Positions 35,864-51,365 of a DNA stretch of 64,000 nucleotides are shown here, piece by piece. A program made the position numbers and the translations under genes. The first letter of the stretch is position 1. Each line of letters starts with the position of its first letter. The notes below the pieces were generated by a model. It was given only the letters and a program-made list of their open reading frames with translations. It was not told where the DNA came from and ran no database searches. This DNA is from Salpingoeca rosetta (Eukaryota > Protista > Choanoflagellata): assembly GCA_033442325.1 (NCBI GenBank), contig JAWQFM010000009.1, forward strand, positions 1,049,729 to 1,113,728, in the 5' to 3' direction.

Positions 35864-37799
35864 ATGCCGCTGTGTTTGCATCGTGGGTGTGGGAAGGAGT
35901 ACTCCGAGGAGGAGAACAAGGATGGTGCGTGCATGTGTGCATGTGTGCGTGCGTACATGTGTGTTTTGGTGTGCGTGCATGTGTGCATGTGCGTTGCTGT
36001 GCGTGGTTGCTACTGCGGTTTCTCCCGTGTGCGCGTGTGTACACGCGTTTATTTGCTTGCGCGCTCGTATCAATGCGTGCACCGCTGTGTGTTGAACGCT
36101 TTCAACAAACGCACTTTTGGAGCACGTATCTCGTGGTGCACGTGAAAACAAGCGCGCGAGCGCTCACACACTATATCACACACACACACACACGCACACA
36201 CACACGCACACACACACACACTACATCACACACACACTACATCACACACACACACGCTCATGGCATGCATGCACCCTATACATAGGGGATTGCCGGTATC
36301 ACCCTGGTACTCCCATCTTCCACGAAGGGCTGAAGGTTTGTCTCACCCCAAGCAGTTGTGTACGAGCTTCTTGTCTGCGCTGTCAATGAAACCTCGTTGA
36401 CCGTGGAGCAAAGACAAGTTTCTCATTGTCCTCAAGTCCATGGCATCGCCACGCGCTGCATATGCCTGATTGCTTGGCCAGCTGACTCCGTTGTTTGTTT
36501 GGTTTGCTTGCCGTGCTCGTGGTTTGTGATAGGGCTGGTCCTGTTGTAACAAGCGGTTCACGGATTTTTCAGAGTTCTTGGCATATCCGGTACACGAGCG
36601 CATTGACTGCATGCGTGCGTGTGTGTGTATCTGTGATTGTGTATCTGTGATTGTGTGTGTGTGTGTGTGTGCGTGAGTGCGTGTGCGTGTGCGTGTGTCT
36701 GTGTCTGTGTCTGTGTGTCTGTGTACGTGTGCGTGTGCGTGTGCGTGTGTGCTTGTTTGTGTGAGCGGCATCCGCTCTTCTCGTCTTTGTGTCCCCTGCC
36801 GTCTCTCACGGCAACCCAACCCACGCCGTGGTGCATTGCTCGCTCAGGGATGCACGTATGGAGAACACAGCGACGTGCCGCCGGACGATGACGTGGATGC
36901 AAACGCGGCGTTGAAGGAGCTCTCCTCTGCCCCAATTGATCGCCTCTCCCTGGAGCAGCAGCAGACCATGGCACAAGTCCGGTACGTCTGCGGCGCTGTC
37001 CCGTGTGCTTTGTTGTGCGTGCGTGCGTGCGTGCGTGCGTGTTTGTGTGTGTATGTGCGTGTGTGTGTTTGCATGTGTGTGTGTGTGTGTACATGTGCCG
37101 ACGCTGGCCGCTTTCTTCTGTTTTTGACCTTACTTTCCCTTGCACACACACACACACAAATACACACACACACACGCACATACATATGCACGTACACATG
37201 CTGCATTGGCGCCTTACATCATTGTGTCCGTGACGCGAATGTACGCCGTTGCGGTGCCAGTGACGCGGCACCAAAAGTTGATCTGGACGTGAAGGTGACG
37301 CCCTCGCTCGAGCGCGCCCTGGAAAAGTTCCGCGCACGCCAGGCAGAGGAAGGTACGGCAATGGCGGTGGCCCATGGCAACAGTCGTTGAGTTGGGCGTG
37401 ATGTGCCACGATGATTGTGGTGGTCATGGTCATGGTGATGGTGATGATGATGATGATGGTGATGATTGTTGTCGTTGTGATGGTCATTGTGGTGGTGGTC
37501 GTTGTGATTGTTGCGGTGGTGCCGGTCCTGCTGCTGCGTGCGCTGCGGTCTCACTCTGGATTTTGCTGTCCAACCACTTCATTCACGCTTCAGAGACGGA
37601 TGAGGTGAAGCCTGGACAGCCGTGCACCAACAACGCGTGCAACGCTACATACGTTGACGAAATGAGCAACGAGGAGGAGTGCTTGTACCATCCAGGGGCG
37701 CCTGTCTTCCACGAAGGGTAAGCGGGTGTGTGTGGTGTGTGGTGCGTGTGTTTGTGTTGCGTGTGTGTGTGTGTGTATTGCGTGTGTGTGTGTTTGTGT

Positions 37800-37835
<36 letters not shown>

Positions 37836-38434
37836 CCTTTGTTCCTTGTGCCTGTTTTGCCCTCATGCTGACGCGTCTTCGTGTCCACCACATTCTCAAA
37901 CACCACATTGTTTACCCTTCCCTTGCTCCCTCTCCTCTTCTCTTGGTTTGTTTTCGCACGGCAGGTACAAGTACTGGTCCTGCTGCCCAAAGAAGAAGAC
38001 CTACGAGTTTGATGAGTTTCTGGAGTTTAAGGGCTGCACGACAGGTGCGCACGCGTGCGCAATTGTAGTCATTACGACGTTGTCACAGCAGTGGTGCCGG
38101 TGGCGACAGTCGCGTCGTGGGTACAGTGGTGTTGTGTTGTGATTCGAGGTGCCGCTAGCGCTGTTGTGTACCTCTTGCTCCTCTCCCCCCTGCCTCTTCT
38201 CCTCTCAACGAGCACCACCCATTTGCCCCACTCTCCTTCCATTTCTTTTACTCCCCTTTCCTTCAAACGACAACCAGGAAAGCACTGCTGGGTGAAGCCA
38301 AAGACAGCGCAGGTGCGCAAGTGCCGGCACGACTGGTTTCAGTCGGATGATCGCGTGAGTGTCAGCATCTACGCCAAGTGCATCGACCCGGAAAAGTGCA
38401 GCGTCAAGGCAAACTCAGACTCGGTGCGCTTGCC

Positions 38435-38511
<77 letters not shown>

Positions 38512-39170
38512 CTGTGTGCGTGCGTATGTGTGTGTGTGCGTGCGTGTGTGTGGGTCTGTTGTATGGTCTGTGTCTGTGTGTGTGCATGGGTGTGTGTCTG
38601 TTGTATGGTCTGTATCTGTGTGTGTGTGCCTGCTTTGCGTCGTCTTGTTTTATGGTGGGGGGGGGGTCTGCTGCTGGCTGTCAAAATCATTGGTCTTTCG
38701 TGTCCACTTTGACCCTTCCTAGTCTGAAAAGTACGCTCACACACACGCATGCACCATGCGTGTTTCCCTCCATGCGCGCAATCCACCCAACAGCTCACGG
38801 TTGATATTGTGTATGAGGACATCAACAAGTACACAATGGAGCTTCACCTTGGCGGCGTAAGCCGAGTTGTGTTGAGAGGCTGTGGTTGCATCTGTTGTTG
38901 TTGCTTTGTGGCACACGACGGACTGCTTTGCGTCATATCCATCTCACACACGCTTATGTACACACACGCACACACATAAGCGTGGACGCACACATACGCA
39001 CACACGCACACTGTGCGCTCACCACCCCATTTCCTGCTTCTCCCTTGCTCGTGTGACAGAAAATTGACCCTTCAAAGTCATCTGCAACGCTAACGGGCAC
39101 CAAGTTGGACCTGAATCTCGTCAAGGCATCTCCGGGCGACACGTGGGCTGACTTGGAGGCCTCCACATGA
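35864..39170 (+). CDS. CHORDC1: CHORD-CHORD-CS Hsp90 co-chaperone (CHORDC1/morgana/RAR1-like)
   Basis: CHORD1 (CLHRGCGKEY...[20 protein letters not shown]...FSEFLAYPGCTYGEH), CHORD2 (CTNNAC...[20 protein letters not shown]...FDEFLEFKGCTTGKHCW) and CS domain (CRHDWFQS...VSIYAK...GTKLDLNLVKA..TWADLE*). Confidence 0.92.
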
Positions 39171-41471
39171 ACATGGGCGACGTTACGCGTGTGCATGTGA
39201 ACGTGTCTGTCTGTATGTGCCTGTGTGTTTGTGTGTGTGTGTGTATGTTTGTGTGTGTGTGTGTGTGTATGTTTGTGTGTGTATGTGTACTTATGCCTGT
39301 GTGTCTGTGTGTCTGTGTGTCTGTGTGTGCCTGTGTGTTTGTGTGTGTTATTGCTCTTTCCTCTCCTCCCCCCTGCTCCCTCCCCCCTTTCTGTCCCACA
39401 CCTCTTCCCACTCCCCACTCCCTCGCCCCCCCCCCCCTCTCTCACCCTTGTCCCACACAGTAAAGCACTCGAATACAACGAGCATGAGGAAGCAAGTACC
39501 ATCGCGGTGCTGTTTCCCTCTCTTGTAGATTTTCCAAATCACGCACGCTGCACCACGTTGCATCTCGCCACGCCGCAGCTTATCAGATCATGAGAAATCA
39601 AAGCGAGGTGAACCCTCGTTCCTCTCGTTTAGTATGTATGTAGTGGCCAAACATGGAACACGTCGTTTGATCAAAGACGAAGCAGAAGAAAGAGAAGAAA
39701 GAAGTGAAGCACAAACGTCACGCAATCATCAGATCGTGTGCGCAAGGCGGGATCGACACACACACACACGTAGTACACGCGCGCGCGAGCGCGTGCTTTG
39801 CTTCTTTTGATGTTCGAAGCGCAAGAGTACCGCTGGTGCTGCTGGAGTAAGAGTGCTTAACCACGCCACACACTTACACACCTATCACCACTCTCTTTCT
39901 TCCCAAACACAAACATCATCACACAAGCAAGCGAAGACCATTTGCGCTGCGCAGCGCACACGCATCTCCTCATGTCGCTGCGTGCTTTGATCAAAGGAAG
40001 GATCTCGGTGGTGTTGACGATGGCGGCCTTTGTTCAAAACGATGGACAAAAAAGAGGACACGTCACATGCCGATGAGTCATTGCTGTTACAGGGTGCTTC
40101 GTTTTCCCGGTTCGAAGGAGTTGTCGATGATTCACGTCTATTTTCATGCAATCTTCGAATGGCATATCTTCGTTCATATTTCTTTTTGGGGTTGAACAAC
40201 TCGAGGCGAAAAATTAAAAAAATATTCATCTCCTGTTCCTGACGGCGGCAACGCCAAACATAACAACAAACGCAGAGAAAGAGCAGCGCCACCACCACCA
40301 GCACGGTCAACCCCATCTGTTTTTTGACGCCTGCGGCAGGTGAGGCCCTTGAGCGGCGCATTTCCCTCAAGCACCCACCATCACCTGCTTGAACCCCCTT
40401 CCCTGCCTCACATCGCCTTGAACCCTCCTCTCTCCACGACCTACTCCCTGCCTGGCACCCGTCTCTCTCCACACCAACTTTGCTTCTTGGGTCTTGTTGT
40501 TCATCGACGGACACATCCAAGCAAGCAATCACCCCCCCCCCAAGGCCGGTGTGCTTTGCATCGAGAACTACAACCACAAATCAGGTTTGTATGCGTTGTT
40601 TGTGTTGGTTTCCCCCACATTCCACGCACACACACGCATCAGACGCATCAAGGGCAGCCATCTGTCTTGTCTGCGTCATCACTCCCATCTTCTGTGGTGG
40701 TGGTGTCGTCGATATATTGGACTGTGTGTGCTGCGTGTGCTGCGTACTCCTCTTTTCTCCTCTTGCCTACCTTGCTGTAACGATTGATGGTGGTGGTGGT
40801 GGTGCCGCAACATGGCTTGAGAGCCTCCCTCTTCTGGGGGTTTTTTCTGTGCGTGTCTTTTCCCACACGTCGTTGCCTCTATTTTTGATAGTTGTCGGTG
40901 TGTATTTGTCGAGCTGGCGTTGTTGTTGTCGTTGTTGTCGTTTCTATCGCCATCGTCGTTTGTTGTCGCTTGTTGGCGTTTGGTGTGGGTCTTTTTCATC
41001 AGCCACCCATCCAATCCACGTCGACGCAACAACAACCCCCCCTTCTCCCTCCATCATCTTCCCTGTCTTGGCTCCGCTTTCAAACCACTCGCTCATCAAC
41101 TTACCACCGATTGCTTCCATCTTACCCACTTGTATTCCACAGATTCGCCAACCAACCAACCAACTTCCACCCCCCCTTCCCAAACCTTTTCCCACCAACC
41201 CGCAACCACGTCGACTCCAACGAACCCGCTCTTCCCAACCAACCCACTCGCCAGAAGTCAAACAACAACACCCCAGAACCCACTTTCCACATCACCAAGT
41301 GCATGTTCTCGATTGGCAATCCCGCACCCGTCCCGCTGCCCGTTGTCGCTTCCGTCGCCCGTATCCCTTGCCAGCATTTTTCTTGCGCCTGCATCACTTT
41401 CGACGCTTGAACCAACCACCCCACCCACAACAACAACAACAACGTCGACACCACTTGCTGCTCAAGAAGGT

Positions 41472-43526
41472 ATGGACACCACAGCGGATACCACGACAAC
41501 AACCACGGCAAGCTTTGCTTCCATTGGTGCAGCCGACCTCGCCAGCGCACTCCGCGCCAACTCCCAAGTCCTTGTCATTGACGTGCGCACGCTGCGCTCG
41601 TTCAACGATGCTCGCGTCAAGGGTGCCCTCTCCGTGCGCCTGTCCAAGCTGTTGATGCGCCGCCTCAACTCGGGCCGCATCTCCATTGATGATGTCATTG
41701 TGGACCGCGACCAGCTGTGGGCCTCCCGCCCCTCGGGCTCGTGCCTCATTGTCTGCTACGATGACCACTCGCGCACCGACCAGAAGCCGCTCAGCTCAAC
41801 AGACCCGCTCAACGTTGTCATGCGCTCCCTTCTCGGCTCCAAGATGAACGCCGTCTTCCTTGAAGGTGCGCCCTATCTGCATGCACGCATCTGTATTCAT
41901 GCCGTGCGTGCATTTATGTTTCATGTCGATGTGCTGTCATCGGTACCTGCCGTCGTGCACGCGCGTGTGATTTGCTGTCACCGCTGCCTGCCTTGTTTGG
42001 TGGGGCTCCCTCCACACACAGTCTCTCTTTCCACGCGCTCATCCGTGTTTTTCGTTTCGTGTTGTGCCATCGCACTCCATGCTGTGGCGCTCTATTCTCT
42101 TCTTCTTCTCCTTCTTCTTCTTCTTCTTCTTCTTTTTTTTTTTTTGCATTGCACGTGCTTTGTTTGCGTGTATATTATATATGCAGGTGGCTTGGCGGAG
42201 TTTGAGTCTTCGTACCCTGACCTGGTTGAGCAAAGCGTGGGAGGACCGTGCAGCTTGTTGCCCAGCTTGGGCACGTTGTGCGTGAAGAAGAAGCCCCAGC
42301 TCCCTGCGCTGGTGAACGGCCACAGCGACAGTCACCCCCTGCAAACCCCATGCTCCCGCGCCTCGTTTGACGTGTCTGCGCTCGCCCAACCACAGCACCA
42401 ACAGCACCAACACCAACAGCAGGCGTATCGCCGCGCCAGCGTCGCCACGTGCGGCAGCTCAAGGGCCGCTCAGCAAGCAACGACGGCAGTGGCGTCGTCG
42501 TCGTCGTCCACGTGCTCGTCGACGTCGTCGTCGCTCTCTGCGTCGTCCAACTCGTGTGGGCTGCGCACGTGCTTCACCATGACGGAGACATATCACCAGG
42601 CCGCGCACCGCCGCCCTCAGGTGAGCGCCGCGCTCAACCTCAGCTGCCCTGCGCCAACCACCCCGTACAACAGCGTCATGGAGGCGCCCATCTCCCGCGT
42701 GCGCGACTACCTCTTCATTGGCGCGCAAAGGGACGCGTGCAACCTGGCGTTGCTGCAGACTCACGGCATCACCCGCATCATCAACGTCACCCGTGACTGC
42801 GACAACGCCTTTGAGAAGAACCCGCAGTTTCGCTACCTGCAGATTCGCATCTCGGTGCGTCTCGTTTGCCCTGGTGAACTGCATCCCCTGTGTCTTGTTT
42901 GATCGTGTCGTCGTCTTTGCTGCTGCTGCTGCTGCTGTTGTTGTTGTTGTTGTGCAATGTGGACCTGCATCCTCTCGCTTCCACGTGCTCCGTTTGCTCT
43001 GCAGCACACACGGGTGCTCACACGCACGCGCCGCCTGCCTGTTGCTGGTTTGATTTGCTTCCACGTTTATCTCCACCACAGGACACGTGGAACCAAAAGC
43101 TGCAGGAGAAGTTTCCCAGCGCCTTTTCGTTTATTGACGAGGCGCGGCGGGCTGGCGAGCGCGTGCTTGTGCACTGCAAGGCAGGCGTCTCCCGCTCTGC
43201 AGCAATTGTGATTGGCTACCTCATGTACAGTGAGAAGATGACACTCGATGAGGCCCACGTCGAAGTCAGGGTGAGTCGCCACTACCACCCCGCTTGTTTG
43301 TGTTGCCAGTGTTGCCCGTGTTGCCCGTGTTGCTTTCTTCTCCGCCTTGATGTACGTGCTTACCTGCACACACTTGTTGTTTTATTGACTCACCCTCCTC
43401 CCTGTCGCCTGTGCTTGATGTTGTCAACACCAGAGCAAGCGGGACATTATCAGCCCCAACCTTGACTTTATGGGCGAACTCAAGGAGTACGAAGACATGC
43501 TTCGCTCCGTTTGCTGTTCGTCTTAA
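41472..43526 (+). CDS. MAP kinase phosphatase (rhodanese/CH2 plus dual-specificity phosphatase domain), 4 coding exons
   Basis: Rhodanese-like LVIDVRTLRSFNDARVKGALSVRLSKLLMRRL (kinase-interaction motif), VCYDD, FLEGGLAEFESSYP; DSP domain YLFIG...GITRIINVT, VLVHCKAGVSRSAAIVIGYLM, KRDIISPNLDFMGEL; stop TAA at 43526. Confidence 0.92.
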
Positions 43527-43962
43527 GTTATTGCCCACGTGGCGCCTCGTCGCAGTCCCTCCCGTTTCCATCCCCTCCCCCCAATCTCCATCCACCCCGG
43601 CCCCTGCGGCAGTCCCAACGCCGCCAGCAACATCCTCAGCCCCTCTCTTCTCTTCTCTTTTCTCGCAATCACACATTGCTCCTCGGCAGCACGGCTGAAT
43701 GAGACACCACCACCCCCCTGAGTGCCGTGTTGCACTCTCGTTGTGGTTCTCTCGTTTTACGTTTTGTTGTTGTTGTTGCTCGTCAGTGTTTCCCCTTCTT
43801 TTACTTTCTTTTTACCACTAGTGCCGCCTTGGCGTATGTTGTCGTGCCGTTTGTTTGTTTGTTTGTTTGTGTCAAGCTTCCCTCCATTCTTAAGGGCCCA
43901 TTTCTTTTTTTGTTCGTGTTTGTTTTGTTGTTGTTTGTTTGTTTGCGCGTGTGTTTCTCTCC

Positions 43963-44067
<105 letters not shown>

Positions 44068-45786
44068 CCTTTCCGCTGGTCATTGCGCCGCCGTTGTGTT
44101 TTTTTTTTTTTGTTTAGCCGTCCCACCACCACCACCACTCGCTTGCTGGCGCTTGTGCTGCCGTGTTGTTGCTCTCTGACGCTTGTCTCCACCGCTCGCA
44201 AATGGTTGGCGGGTAGGGGAGATGACGGCATGGCAGATGTCAACGCACACACACACACCACGCGCATGGCACAGGGCACACCAGTCTTTGCCAACAGCAA
44301 AGGTGGCTTTTGTTTCTCAGCTTGATTTTGCTTTTGCGCATTTTCGTTTAACCGAAAATCCCCAAACCACCAGCAGGCGCTGTACGTCCTGGAATTGAGA
44401 CTCTGACCTCTCCCCTTTCCCTTCTTTCTTCTTTTCTAATGCTCCCCTTTGTATTGTGCGTTGTGTGGGCACCCTTGTGTTCATGTTGTGGAACCTCACC
44501 ACACAGACACACACGCACAAGGACACATGTGCCACCTTCCCACGCCCCCTTTCTTTGGCGTTCGTCGTTTGCAACGGCGCTCGTTTGAGAGTCGGTTGAC
44601 AGTACAGGTCTTCTTTTTTCAAATTCAATGTGACGGAGCTTGTGATGTGATGTGAAGTAACCGAGTCAGTGTGGATGATGTGTGATGTGTGTGTGTTCGG
44701 GGGTGGGGGAAGGAGTGGTGACAGTGTGGATGTCGACAGGCGCAAAGACGCTGTCAACGTCATGTGCGCCCTTTGCTGGAATTGTGCGCTCACACATACA
44801 TGCCTGCACGTTCGCGCGCGCACGTCATGGTGTTCGTGGAGAACATGGATGGAGTGATTGGGGTTGTGTCGTGTTGGCAAAGGCGCTGTCGCAGCACTGC
44901 CATGGTCGCAGTTGGTGGGGCGGGCCAGCCAGCCAATGGAACGGACGGACCACGACGACGACGACAAGCAACAAAGACAAACAAGACGCAGGTGTGGCTG
45001 GCACAAACGCATGCTCTCCAAAACACACACACACACACGCACACGCACGCACACGCACACTGGCTCGTCTTCAACTTTGCTGGTCGTGGAAATAGCGACT
45101 TGATGAGTGGAAGCATTTCGTTTACATAGATGATTAGAGAGTGTGTGGCAGCAGCGAGGGGCACCTTTGACACTGCCACGCTGGCGGCGGAGGAGGGAGA
45201 AGGAGAAGGGTTACAAAAAGGTAGCACGTGCGTGGATGAGTGCATGGCCGTTTCACAACACGAGAGTGCGTACGTGTGTACATGAACGAAACAGGGGCAA
45301 GAAGACGTGGGATTCGACAGGCGACAGCGGCAAGGATGCGATCAGACCAGCAAGGCATCGGGGAAGTTGTCACGTAACAAGAGCATGCGTTGTTGGCATG
45401 AGTTGAGAGGAGGGGGCGAGGAGAGCGAGGAGAACGAGGAAGGAAGTGGGCAAGCGGTTGGCTGGGAAGCCGCACAGAACGGGGGCTGGACAGTCTCACA
45501 AACTGCTGCACGACCCACAAGCTGCCCTTTTAGAGGACACAGCGACAGCCAAACAAGCACACACACGCACACATGCACTCACTCACACATACAAACACGC
45601 ACACATGCACTCACTCACACATGCAAACATACACACACACACACACACACACGCACGCACACACACACACGCACGCACGCACGCACACATGCACTCACTC
45701 TCTCTCCCGCTCGCTTCACTCACGCGCGCACCAAACATGGTGTGCCTGGCTTATGGTGATCGACGTGCGTACAAGTGGTCTCCAGC

Positions 45787-46219
45787 CTATCGCGGTGGTT
45801 GTCTGCTGTCCGTGTTGGTGTTGCTTCGTGCATCTTGGATGGAACGCAGCCAGCCCCGCAGCGTCCATGCGCTCTCATCCACGCTCCTGATGATGTAGAC
45901 GCGGCCAGGGACCTGGATGTACAGCTCTGCGGGCGCCCCGCTGGAGATGACGACGCTCTCAATCTGCGATAACGGGATGGTGCCCCGCGCAGGGGCGCCG
46001 GCTTGCACCTGGTACGTCAGACACCCGTCCTTGAACTTGAACCAGCGCTTCTTAAAGGCCTTGTTGACTTTGCCTCGCTTCATCAGCCACCCCTGCGTGA
46101 TCTTCACATCCTGCGCTTGGGTACAAGGAAGAGAGTGAGGAGAGTTGAGGAGCGTTGAGGAGAGTGAGGAGCGTTAAGGAGAGCGACAAGAAGCAGAAAT
46201 GAGGGACAAAACATGTGGT

Positions 46220-46274
<55 letters not shown>

Positions 46275-46689
46275 CATTCGTGGTTGCATGTGCCGCACTT
46301 GTGACGCGATCGGTCATGCACTCTCACTATCACAAAAGCACAAGAAGCACACGCACACACGCACACACACACACGCACACGCACACACGCACACACACGC
46401 ATACGCAGTCTCGCAGGCAACATGACGCACCTCAGTGATGTCTTGGCCAGCTGCCAGCAGCGTTCACACCAAACAGGGGTAAAGAGGTGCAATCAGTATG
46501 CGAACACTCTCACCGACACACAATACATACGTATGCAGACACACAAAAAAAAACACATCCAGACGCACAATGCATACAATACACACATACACACATACAC
46601 ACATACACACACACACGTACAGACACGCACAACCCTGTTGCACGCTTCTGCACCCCCGCACCTTCGTTTGAGAGCGTGGCAAGATCCAT
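45787..46689 (-). CDS. Small stand-alone PH-domain protein (about 123 aa; exons 46689-46662, 46450-46431, 46110-45787)
   Basis: Phase-consistent splicing gives MDLATLSNEAGQDITEDVKITQGWLMKRGKVNKAFKKRWFKFKDGCLTY...RGTIPLSQI...RVYIIRS...LRGWLRSIQDA. Canonical PH beta1/beta2 strands and C-terminal Trp helix. Confidence 0.85.
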
Positions 46690-46825
46690 CGCGTCCGCCT
46701 CCGCAAGACCGGCACAAGCAAAAGGAAGGAGCGACAACAACTTGGCTTCTTCTTTTCTTGCCTCCTTGCTTGATCGCTCGATGTGATTGTAGAACAGTTG
46801 TTGGTGTCATTCATAAAAAAGAAAC

Positions 46826-47881
46826 ATGGCAAGGCGGAGGCCACTCGTTGGCGGCGGCAGCAGCAGGTCGTGCTGGGGATGGTGGCTGCGGTGGGCTGGC
46901 ATTGGGCTGGCGCTGGTGGCTGCATTCCTGCTGGGTGCGCTGACACGTGTGTGGGTGCCCGGGGTCCCGAGCTCCGCGCTCATGCACGCGTATGGAGCGT
47001 CAGATCCAACCAAGACTGTGCGAGCACAGGGCCTGGACATATGCACTCAACAACAACAACATCAACAACAGCCGACGTGCAGTGCGCCACGGCCGCTGTT
47101 CACGATATCCCACCCCAAGAGCGGGCGCACGTGGCTGAGGTGCTTGGTCTCCCACGCGTTTGCGTGCTTGAACAAGTACAACGACACCCTGAGCCTGGCG
47201 GATATCGAGATGTACTCGGGAAACGTGCTCGACTTCTCACACGGCGAACCACACCATCCCTTCTCCAGCACGCCGTGGGACCTGGCGTATGCCTTTGCAG
47301 AGGAGCGCCCGCACAACCGCGAGCACGGCGTGCTGCTCGTGCGAGACCCGCGCGACGTGATCGTGAGCTCGTACTACGAGCGGCGGTACCGGGAGCACGT
47401 GCGCTGGATCCCACCTTGGACATCCCTCTCCCAATACATCACCTGGCACAAGGGCAGCCTGCGCACGCTGCTCATGTTCCTGAACCTGTGGAGCGCCGTG
47501 GTGGAGAAGCCTGGGTGGACCGTGCTTCGGTACGAGGACATGCGGCGCTGCCCACACCAGACGCTGCGGCACATTGTGAACGAGCGGTTGTGCCTGGGCG
47601 TGTCGGAGGAGTGCATCCAGGCCGCCGTGCGCTGGTGCGACTTTGGCAGCCTGCAGAAGCGGGCGGAGGAAGCAGGCACATCTGGGGGCGCGAAAATCTT
47701 CAGTCCAGCGAGCAAAGGGAACCCAAACTCGCGCAAAGTGCGCAAGGGCAAGGTTGGCGGCTACCGCGATGACTTGAGTGAGGCGGACATTGAGTATATG
47801 GAGCAGACCATTCAGAAGCATCTCGTTAGCGCACGCATCTTTGGCTACGGAACGCCGCCCACCATCACCACCGAGGACTAA
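46826..47881 (+). CDS. Intronless PAPS-dependent sulfotransferase (Sulfotransfer_1-like) with N-terminal TM anchor
   Basis: 351 aa; TM WAGIGLALVAAFLLGAL; 5'-PSB motif SHPKSGRTWL; 3'-PB motif LLVRDPRDVIVSSY; LRYEDM; C-terminal RKVRKGKVGGY. Confidence 0.9.
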   Translation: MARRRPLVGGGSSRSCWGWWLRWAGIGLALVAAFLLGALTRVWVPGVPSSALMHAYGASDPTKTVRAQGLDICTQQQQHQQQPTCSAPRPLFTISHPKSGRTWLRCLVSHAFACLNKYNDTLSLADIEMYSGNVLDFSHGEPHHPFSSTPWDLAYAFAEERPHNREHGVLLVRDPRDVIVSSYYERRYREHVRWIPPWTSLSQYITWHKGSLRTLLMFLNLWSAVVEKPGWTVLRYEDMRRCPHQTLRHIVNERLCLGVSEECIQAAVRWCDFGSLQKRAEEAGTSGGAKIFSPASKGNPNSRKVRKGKVGGYRDDLSEADIEYMEQTIQKHLVSARIFGYGTPPTITTED

Positions 47882-48242
47882 CAACTTATGAGGCGCGTGC
47901 ATGTGTGTGTGTATGCACGTGTGCACGTGTGCATGTGTGTGTGTGTGTGTGCATGTGTGTGTTGGGGGGGGTTCGTTTCATACGTTTGTTCATGCCCTCT
48001 TCTCTCTTCCTCCCCTCCTCCCCTTTCTCCTTCTCCCCCGCCCGCTTGCTACGCTCCGCTCCCTGCTTGTTTATTGGGTTGTTTAAGTCAGTGGCGCTCA
48101 CGTCACACAGTTGCGTGATCTTGAACAAGATCGTGCGATAGCGTGCCACTCTTGGTGCGTTCATCCTCGGGATTGATTGGTAGGTTTTTGCAGTTACAGT
48201 GTGCACGATGCCATGGTGTGGCACCCGGCTTCGCAGCCCGCC

Positions 48243-48314
48243 TCGCTTGCTTCGCTTGCTTCGCTTGCTTCGCTTGCTTCGCTTGCTTCGCTTGCTTCGC
48301 TTGCTTCGCTTGCT
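48243..48314. repeat. 9-bp tandem repeat (TCGCTTGCT)x8
   Basis: Seen directly, upstream of the TMEM198-like gene. Confidence 0.92.
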
Positions 48315-48853
48315 GTGTGTTTAAAGTAACATAAACGCGCCACATCAGGGGCCACAGAACGAAGCAATTCCACCCACCTGCTTTCGTGTACAGCGGGCTG
48401 CTGCTTCACATCAAACGCCTTGCTACTTCCTCACTGACATCTTGCTTGCATGATATGACATTCGCCTTGCTTTGCTTTGCTTGTGCAGTGCATGCTGCTG
48501 CACGTGTTAGTGATGGGTGTGATTGCTTGTCGATGTGTGTTTCTTCTGGCAAACACACAAACAAACAAACGACAAAACCCAAAAGAGAAGAAGAAGAAGG
48601 CACGAACAAGCGTGCTGTGTCCCCTTGTGTTGTCTGTCACTCACCCTCTTCATTACCGCAGCAGCAGCACCACCACCACCACCACCAGCAACAGCAGCAG
48701 CCTGCCCCTGGAAGTTAGCCCTGCATACATCTTGGCAAGCGTGATTTGTGTGTGAGAGATCCTCACACACGGCTCACACACGCTCGCACACGTTCACGCA
48801 CGCATTGACACCACAGCAAACAACACCAATACTCGCAACCAAGGAACGAACGC

Positions 48854-51365
<2,512 letters not shown>

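Noticed and set aside
40920-41471. Long in-frame N-terminal extension of the MAPK phosphatase ORF
   Set aside because: No in-frame ATG before 41472, low complexity, and it probably overlaps a 5' UTR intron.
47237-47926. Long antisense ORFs opposite the sulfotransferase, glycosyltransferase and EGF-protein exons
   Set aside because: Expected shadow ORFs from GC3-rich codon usage; no domains recognised.
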